Shown here one piece after another: positions 26,910 through 33,791 of a stretch of DNA of 33,791 nucleotides. A program made the position numbers and the translations under genes. The notes under the pieces are model-generated. The model was not told the origin of the DNA. It saw nothing but the letters and a program-made list of their open reading frames with translations, and did no database searches. Positions within the stretch are counted from its first letter, which is position 1. Each line of letters begins with the position of its first letter. Source of the stretch: Candidatus Hodarchaeota archaeon (GTDB lineage Archaea; Asgardarchaeota; Heimdallarchaeia; Hodarchaeales; Hodarchaeaceae); contig JAEOTC010000122.1 of NCBI GenBank assembly GCA_016840035.1, positions 1 to 33,791 on the forward strand, written 5' to 3'.

Positions 26910-28285
26910 AAGCTTCAGTTGGCCTTTGTATAGACCATGATTTGGAAATCGCAACAAGTTCTGCGATTGAACAGGCTGAAAATACTTTAAATGCCAAACC
27001 AACTGGGATATTGTATTTTACTGGGACACACCCAGGTGGTAAGAAAGTTTATAATCGAGCTTTACGAATTATTCAGAAGAAATTTCCCAATACTCCATTA
27101 GCAGGGTGTTCAGGCATTGGGATAGCAAATAAAGCGGATCACGGTCTGAAAGGTGCTGCGATCATGCTTTTTACAGGAATTACAGTCAGAACACAACTTG
27201 TAAAACGTTTCAGAATAAGGAATAAATCCAAATCTAAAAACATATTGAGAAGATGTCTTAGTATTGAATCCGAGGAATTAAAAAAAAACGCTTCCACAAC
27301 TTTCATCTTCTTCCCTCCTGGTCTAGGATTTCCAAAATTAATGGTAAATTTATTGAACCATAAACTTCAAGGTTTCAATCCATTTTTTATGTTAAATAAC
27401 CGAATATGGAGAGATGTACCTGCTCTTTCACGAATATCAGGAAAGATGGTCAATTTTCTTATGAATGTGGGTGGGATTGGAATTTCCTATTCCTCAGCTT
27501 GGCCATTATTTCGAGAGTTATATGAACGAGGCATTCATTATACTGGTACATTCGGTGTAGACCCCATTACTATGAATAAATCTTACCAATTTCATAATTT
27601 TAAAGCGTTTAAGGATTCTATGACATTTATTGCTCTGAGCTCCCCTGAATTACGATTTATGAGTAAAACTGATACTGGAGCGAAAGTTGATTTCCAAAAA
27701 ACCTTCTCTCTTGATAGTTATTTAGATGGAGGATTTATTCCGAGGATTAATGGTCAATGGGGAGCAGAATCTTTACTTAAATTGTACGAAATGGAGAAAA
27801 CACCAGAAATTTTGGAAGAATGTACTCAAAAATACTTCTATTATCACCCATTCAGACCTTTATGTATTTTGGATGATAAAAATCGTCAAAATCTGTATGG
27901 ACTTTCGATAAATCCGAATCTCAATCATGCATTAATTACTGCACCGAATCAGGTTGCAAAGCAGCTTTATACAAATAAAAAAAGTAAGACACCATCCTAT
28001 ATCTGTAATCAGAGTGCTATTACAATTGAAAACTTGTTAGATCAAAGTTTATCTTCCTTAATAGGAGACAACACCAAATTTGGGCTATTTTTTGACTGTG
28101 GTAATCGAGCGATGATCGTTGGAGACCGATTTAAACAGTATCTTGAGCATTATTCAGATAATTTAGGTGATATTCCTTATCTTGTTATCATATCAGGAGG
28201 AGAAGTTAATTCCCAGTCTTTTCCAATTGTAAACTTTAGTTTGGTTTCTGGAGTTGCAGAAAAACTTTTACCAGCCTTATCTTAG
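26906..28285 (+). CDS. FIST-domain (FIST_N + FIST_C) sensory protein
   Basis: N-terminal SAIEQA...ILYFT...FPNTPLAGCSGIG and C-terminal FGLFFDCGNR...ISGGEV...NFSLV; ATGA overlap with the roadblock gene. Confidence 0.8.
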   Translation: MKASVGLCIDHDLEIATSSAIEQAENTLNAKPTGILYFTGTHPGGKKVYNRALRIIQKKFPNTPLAGCSGIGIANKADHGLKGAAIMLFTGITVRTQLVKRFRIRNKSKSKNILRRCLSIESEELKKNASTTFIFFPPGLGFPKLMVNLLNHKLQGFNPFFMLNNRIWRDVPALSRISGKMVNFLMNVGGIGISYSSAWPLFRELYERGIHYTGTFGVDPITMNKSYQFHNFKAFKDSMTFIALSSPELRFMSKTDTGAKVDFQKTFSLDSYLDGGFIPRINGQWGAESLLKLYEMEKTPEILEECTQKYFYYHPFRPLCILDDKNRQNLYGLSINPNLNHALITAPNQVAKQLYTNKKSKTPSYICNQSAITIENLLDQSLSSLIGDNTKFGLFFDCGNRAMIVGDRFKQYLEHYSDNLGDIPYLVIISGGEVNSQSFPIVNFSLVSGVAEKLLPALS

Positions 28286-28300
28286 GAAAATTCAGTTAAA

Positions 28301-29680
28301 TTGGTGTATAAGGATATGTTTTATGTCGATACTCTACTTGGTATCAAATCATATCCTCAAGAACTGAAAATTTTAATATTCAAGTTTTTTAGCCTTGAAC
28401 TTATTATTACGGTGATTTATTTAAGTAATACTTGGATATCACTATATTATATCTCTATTTTAGGATCCTATGCACTTTTTGGGACCATCGTTGCGATAGG
28501 TACCATTATTGGATTCACTCTAGATCTTCCCTTAGGGATTCTTACCGATAGATTTGGTCAAAGAGGGGCTTTTTGTGGGGCTTTATTGTGCCTAACAATA
28601 TACTATATGGGTCTAATAATAGCTACAACTCCGTTTCAGTTATTATGTCTTGAAATTCTAGTAGGAATTTATTCTGCTCTTCTTTCGGGGTCATATCTAG
28701 CTTGGTTTTTCAACTCTTGGGCTTACCTTGTAGAAAAGAATGAAAGAAACGATAAACTCCTACGAAGTACGATGGGGAATGTAAATTTCATCAAAATGAT
28801 ATTTGTCTCCTCTTTTACAATCTTAGGGGGATTTTTGTTATTTCAAGCACATCTACCTCCCCAATTGATATTTTTAATACAGGGAATAATATCCTCAATT
28901 GGATTTATGTTTGGATTCATAATTATGGTTAATAAGTATCCCATATATCGAAATATAAAACATAAAATGACAACTAGAGAGAAAAAACCACCTATTCGCT
29001 CCATTATTAGAAGAAAAGGAGGAAAAATACAAAACCAATATCTGAGGATTTCTCCATATTTCATCAGTTTTGGAGTTCTAAGGTTCACTTCATTGTCTTT
29101 TTCAACAGTAATATTCCCGTTGATCATCTATATTCTTTTATCTTCTGAGTCCAAATCAATCAATAGTAGTTACTTTAATATTGATTTTACATCAATGGCT
29201 ATCTTGGTATTATCTCTTGTTAATTCTATTACAGATTTCACGTACGGAATTTCTAGTAGATTTACAGGAAAATTTACACGTTCAATTAAATCCCCTCGTA
29301 AAGGTCTCGCTATGATCTACACTCTGAATTTCCCATTAGCGTGGTTGTCGATTCTCTTTGTTCTAATAATCCAACTTGATGCAATATTGAAGCTTCAAAT
29401 AGTAATATTACTATTTCTAGGCAGACTCATTATCAGTGGATTAACCTCAGGCCTACATTGGCAATTATATTATTCCATAACCTCATCAGAAAATCGAAGC
29501 TCCCAAGAATCTTACCAAAATACGTTAAATCTTCTGATTTATACATTTGGCTTTAGTATTCTTGGACAGATTATGGAGAGAAAGGGATTGTTAGAAGGAT
29601 TGTTATTGCTATTTATACTAGGTTTATTTGGTGTCCTAATTTTAGTAAAGGTAAAGGATCCTGAACCAAATTACGACTAA
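28301..29680 (+). CDS. MFS transporter
   Basis: About 12 hydrophobic segments in two halves with a central basic loop; MFS motif A GILTDRFGQR. Confidence 0.85.
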   Translation: MVYKDMFYVDTLLGIKSYPQELKILIFKFFSLELIITVIYLSNTWISLYYISILGSYALFGTIVAIGTIIGFTLDLPLGILTDRFGQRGAFCGALLCLTIYYMGLIIATTPFQLLCLEILVGIYSALLSGSYLAWFFNSWAYLVEKNERNDKLLRSTMGNVNFIKMIFVSSFTILGGFLLFQAHLPPQLIFLIQGIISSIGFMFGFIIMVNKYPIYRNIKHKMTTREKKPPIRSIIRRKGGKIQNQYLRISPYFISFGVLRFTSLSFSTVIFPLIIYILLSSESKSINSSYFNIDFTSMAILVLSLVNSITDFTYGISSRFTGKFTRSIKSPRKGLAMIYTLNFPLAWLSILFVLIIQLDAILKLQIVILLFLGRLIISGLTSGLHWQLYYSITSSENRSSQESYQNTLNLLIYTFGFSILGQIMERKGLLEGLLLLFILGLFGVLILVKVKDPEPNYD

Positions 29681-29740
29681 TTACATTTCTCCACTAGATA
29701 TTTATAAAAAGAAAAGAGGAGGATAGGAATTATTTAGTCC

Positions 29741-31249
29741 CTAACTAATTCCCAAGAAACCGCGAAGGGCAGGATTCATCTCAGCGACTCTTTCTTTACT
29801 AATAAGCTCGAAATATTGCCTCATAATACTAACAGAAAGAAGTATTCCCATTCCAGAACCTATTGCTCCTAAGAAATCCGCAAAGGCCGCAAGAACTCCA
29901 ATAAACAGACCACCAATAACTGCTATTGTTGGGATATACATTTCTAATCGTCTTTCAACAATTTTCTTACTCCTTCTCCATCCAGGCATCTGCATACCAG
30001 ATTGTAGAAATTGGCTTGCAACATCCCTTGGACCCATGCCTGCAGTTTCCAGCCACATCATTGAGAAGACAACAGAAAGAAGTATCAGGATAATCGCATA
30101 AATAAAAGCCCTAGTAATGGAACTTAGCGGATCTCCAAAGTTAAGAACGCCTTGTTCTCCAATCAGAGAGCGCGGGGGGGTTAAAAAGTAAACTAAACCT
30201 CCTGTTGGAACATACTGTTCGCTATTAGCATCTAATCGAAACGTACCTAATATTTGGGTCAATAGACTCGTTGAATTCTCTCGTCCTGAACTATTCCAGA
30301 CCATCTGAGCTATAAAGTAAACATCAGCAAAAACCGCTGAAGTTAGTATTACCGGGATATTCGAGACGTAGAGTAATTTTATTGGATAAGTAGACCTAAT
30401 TCCTTTATATTGCGCGTATGAAATTGGAATTTCAATCCGCATTGATTCAAAATAAATCACGATTACGAATACGACAGCTGTTGCAATCACGGAAAGGATA
30501 GATAAAGATGGTAGATTTAAATTATGATTAGGATTTGTACTGTATCTGAAAAACAGATTTCCAATTGTATTTAATGGTCCTTCTTCTCCTAACCAATAAA
30601 TAAATGCTAGAACTATACCACGAGCTGATGTAACTTCATTTGGTCCTTCTAAGATATTATTAGGGGCAAATAATCCCTGGAAAATTTGTAATCCAACCCC
30701 TCCAGCAATAAACAAAGAAATCCCTGAACCTAAGCCCCATCCTTTTTGAACCATTTCGTCAAGTAAGATAATAATTATCCCAGCTGCTAATAATTGTGAA
30801 ATAATTCCCACTTGTGCACTAAGAGGTAGGTCAGTACCATAGGTTCCACCTATAAGAAAAGCACCTGCTTCAATAATTGTCATTAAAACAGACATTACTT
30901 TTTGGGCACCAGTATAAAGTGATCTTTCCTCTGGGTCTCCCATATTAACATTGATAATCTTAGAGCCGACTAATATTTGCATGATTAACCCCGCTGTTAC
31001 GATTGGCCCAATCCCTAATTCAGCAAGTGATCCCTGTGTTGATGCGGTAATTGTCCTCATAAATGCAAATGGATCACCTTCTCCTAAATCTGCACCAATA
31101 ATTGGGGTAGAGGTCATAACAAAATATATTACAAGAGCTGCAAAAGTCCAAATCATCTTTTCATTGAAATGAACCTCACGAGTTGGTTTTACAACCTCAG
31201 GCGTAATTGACATAAAGGGTCGAACGGCTTGTAGAAATCTAGAAGTCAT
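29741..31249 (-). CDS. secY: Protein translocase subunit SecY/Sec61alpha
   Basis: ELGIGPIVTAGLIMQIL, LLDEMVQKGWGLGSGISLFIA, YPIKLLYVSNIP, GSGMGILLSV. Confidence 0.98.
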   Translation of the reverse strand: MTSRFLQAVRPFMSITPEVVKPTREVHFNEKMIWTFAALVIYFVMTSTPIIGADLGEGDPFAFMRTITASTQGSLAELGIGPIVTAGLIMQILVGSKIINVNMGDPEERSLYTGAQKVMSVLMTIIEAGAFLIGGTYGTDLPLSAQVGIISQLLAAGIIIILLDEMVQKGWGLGSGISLFIAGGVGLQIFQGLFAPNNILEGPNEVTSARGIVLAFIYWLGEEGPLNTIGNLFFRYSTNPNHNLNLPSLSILSVIATAVVFVIVIYFESMRIEIPISYAQYKGIRSTYPIKLLYVSNIPVILTSAVFADVYFIAQMVWNSSGRENSTSLLTQILGTFRLDANSEQYVPTGGLVYFLTPPRSLIGEQGVLNFGDPLSSITRAFIYAIILILLSVVFSMMWLETAGMGPRDVASQFLQSGMQMPGWRRSKKIVERRLEMYIPTIAVIGGLFIGVLAAFADFLGAIGSGMGILLSVSIMRQYFELISKERVAEMNPALRGFLGIS

Positions 31250-31780
31250 TTAGAAAACCTCAAAGGTTAAATCTCTCTATCGGATCCATTCAAGTATAGA
31301 AATCAATGCTATTAAGTTCTTAGTCTGAAGAAATCCGATTTTAAGCTTATTTAAAGGGAAAAATGCAATTCATTTATTTTTTTTCTAGTATTTATGATTC
31401 AAATTTCAAGGAATCACAAATTAATTCTTGGTTTAAAATCTAAATAATTCAATCAAATTAAACGAAGCAAAAAGCCAATTTAATAAGAGGAGTGACGAGA
31501 TTAAATTAGAAAGAACATTAACCTTCAAATTAAAGACCAATGTGTTATAATTATGTTGATTTCAAGCCGAAGAATAAATATATTCCACTTTATGGTAAAT
31601 TTGGATGAAAAATTGATTGAATGGACGAGGTGGGATTAAGAACAAAATATATTACACTCTGGAAAACGAGAACCATTCAGTATTATTCCTCAAACTTAAA
31701 GAGTAAACTTAAAGATTGCTTAGAAGCTTAATTTAAAGGATCCGAAAGTTCATTGTACAGATAATACGGAGTTTTTATAA

Positions 31781-33791
31781 ATGAAGAAAATCCTAGGAAA
31801 TGGTTTGCGTTTTTTAATACTCGCATTAGTTATCACTTCAACATTCTTAATCGCTGATACCCAAGCAAAACTTGGTGAAGTTAATTCTAGCGCTGATTCA
31901 GTAACCGTCAAAGACAATAAGTTAAATGTCTCAGAATTAATGTACTTTGACATTACAGAATTTACAAATACAAGTCATCTAATCGATGTTGATAGAATTA
32001 TTACTGCGAACCAATATGGATACACTTTCTCAAAAACTATGATAGAAATCTCTAGTAATAGTACTAAGGAAATAAATGCGATCAATTATACGTTACCGAC
32101 AATGGAGTATAATGAATCAAAATATTTTAGAATCTATTCAAAGAATGATACAGAAACAGAAAATACGACATATAATGATCACATTGGGAATGAAACAACA
32201 GAACTCGTTGTAAAATTCCCAACAGTTGGTTTTGAGGAAACAGTTACATTAATCATAGAAATTGATTATCCAAACGCCATAGAATATGATGAAAACGATG
32301 AATTGGTGGAGACTGAATATCCTTATCATTTTAACATAAGTTTTCTTCCCTTAATTACGATTCCTATTACTTCATATAGCATAAATTGGAGGGTAGGAAA
32401 AGATGTTTCTATGAGTGTAAATAACGACACATTAAAGCCAACAGAAGCGAATTTTACGGGTAGAATTGAACAAGAAAGTACAGCCTTAAGATATCGAAAT
32501 ATTCAGGAATTAACTTCTATCAATCGTGAAGTTTTAAATCAGTCTGAATATGGAGGTTATAATCTCACATTACTAACAGATCGGAGTTTCATTCCTTCTT
32601 ATCAACAGAATATGGCAACAAATTTCACTGATTATCTAACTTTTGATTACTACCAAGTTGGTGGAACTTTCATTACGTTCACATCCTTAACAACTACCAT
32701 CAAGGTTTCAGAATGGGGAACCGTGTATACAAAGCAATCAATCAAGATAAAGAATATAGGGCTACAATCTGGACCAGTTCTTTCCACTGCTCTAGGGGGT
32801 ATCACATTCCCGACCTTATCATTCAATGTTCCCGAATCTGCAGGTAAAATAGGGATAACTGATAATTACGGAAATATCACTCCCATCGTGAATACCGATG
32901 CCGTAACTCAGAAGAAATCAATCGAATTTAGGCCGAGAATTCAAATAGAACAAGGCTCAGAATACGATATATTCCTTTCTTATACCCAACCGTCTACCAA
33001 AGTAATTAATAATCTCGGTGGGGGAAAGGTTCAATTATTAACACCGTTATCAATGAGCTTCAATTGTACCATACAGAATTATGAGCTTGAATTATTTTTC
33101 CCATTTGGTTCATCAATAACCAAGCAGAAAATTAGTGATGCTACGTTTGAAGGTACATTGAGAAACCCTGTATCGATTACTTCAATTCAGAAAACACAAT
33201 TCTTAGGTTTATTTAATAGTAAAGGGTATCGATTTACATTTGAAGACCTTACACCACTTAGCAATAAACAGTTAAAAATAGAATTTGGAATGAGCCCATT
33301 TAACCAACTTTATACTCCACTTTCATTTTCAATATTCTTTTTGTTAATTGGATTTGTTTATGCACTAACTAGAAATTTATCATTTGGATATAAACCTTCC
33401 AAGCTAGCACTAGAAGAAATTCCACTTGATATGATCAAAAGTTTCGTTAAAGCATACGAAGAAAAGACTGCAATTCGTGAACAAATTCTAAGATTGGATA
33501 GGAAACGTAAGTCAAAGAACATCAGTGCGAGAGAATATGAACAAACAAAAATTATTCTTCGAAATCAGCAACAACAGAATGATCGGGCAATTGTTTCAGT
33601 TTCACGTAAGCTTTCAGAAGAAAATCCTCGCTTTCGATTATCTATGAGATCAATTGAAGTAGCTGAGGCAAGCCGAGAAGATTATTTATTAAATATTGAA
33701 TCCTTAGAGAAAAAGAAGACTCAAGGTCGGATTGGAAAAGAAGCCTATGCTAAATTAAAAATTGATTATGATAATAAGCTTAGAAAGGCAA
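31781..33791 (+). CDS. Ribophorin I (OST1/RPN1)-like oligosaccharyltransferase subunit (truncated by window end)
   Basis: Not in the ORF track because it has no stop in the window. ATG 31781 gives a signal peptide (MKKILGNGLRFLILALVITSTFLIADTQA). In-frame spot checks give TIKVSEWGTV...IKNIG, DNYGNIT and EFRPR, matching ribophorin I motifs (evShWG, D.iGN.st, PR). A late TM helix and a charged helical cytoplasmic tail follow. Confidence 0.8.
   Translation, partial: MKKILGNGLRFLILALVITSTFLIADTQAKLGEVNSSADSVTVKDNKLNVSELMYFDITEFTNTSHLIDVDRIITANQYGYTFSKTMIEISSNSTKEINAINYTLPTMEYNESKYFRIYSKNDTETENTTYNDHIGNETTELVVKFPTVGFEETVTLIIEIDYPNAIEYDENDELVETEYPYHFNISFLPLITIPITSYSINWRVGKDVSMSVNNDTLKPTEANFTGRIEQESTALRYRNIQELTSINREVLNQSEYGGYNLTLLTDRSFIPSYQQNMATNFTDYLTFDYYQVGGTFITFTSLTTTIKVSEWGTVYTKQSIKIKNIGLQSGPVLSTALGGITFPTLSFNVPESAGKIGITDNYGNITPIVNTDAVTQKKSIEFRPRIQIEQGSEYDIFLSYTQPSTKVINNLGGGKVQLLTPLSMSFNCTIQNYELELFFPFGSSITKQKISDATFEGTLRNPVSITSIQKTQFLGLFNSKGYRFTFEDLTPLSNKQLKIEFGMSPFNQLYTPLSFSIFFLLIGFVYALTRNLSFGYKPSKLALEEIPLDMIKSFVKAYEEKTAIREQILRLDRKRKSKNISAREYEQTKIILRNQQQQNDRAIVSVSRKLSEENPRFRLSMRSIEVAEASREDYLLNIESLEKKKTQGRIGKEAYAKLKIDYDNKLRKA

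Overview
AT-rich archaeal chromosomal segment. The Rab-like small GTPase, roadblock protein, ribophorin I homolog and Sec61-like SecY point to an Asgard archaeon, probably Heimdallarchaeia (inference). The backbone is core information-processing genes in fragmented operons: an EF-1alpha-like GTPase (partial), a divergent TFB, DUF655-ksgA, rpoD-L18e-L13-S9, rpoA1-rpoA2-L30e-nusA-S12, METTL5-csl4-rio1-dim2, and secY head-to-head with a ribophorin I gene (partial). There are two tRNAs; tRNA-Ile(GAT) is split by two introns around a 7-nt anticodon micro-exon. Two accessory modules stand out. (1) A ~9.5-kb divergent locus (6571-16029) has a TadA/VirB11-type secretion ATPase, a fused TadB/C (FlaJ-like) platform protein, a large anchored surface protein and small VirB2/CedA1-like membrane proteins. 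(2) A five-gene operon (25129-29680) encodes a Rab-like GTPase, KaiC-like ATPase, roadblock protein, FIST sensor and MFS transporter, transcribed divergently from a Flp-like prepilin. It is a candidate nutrient-sensing or pilus-controlling signalling system. All family calls come from reading motifs by eye; no searches were run.
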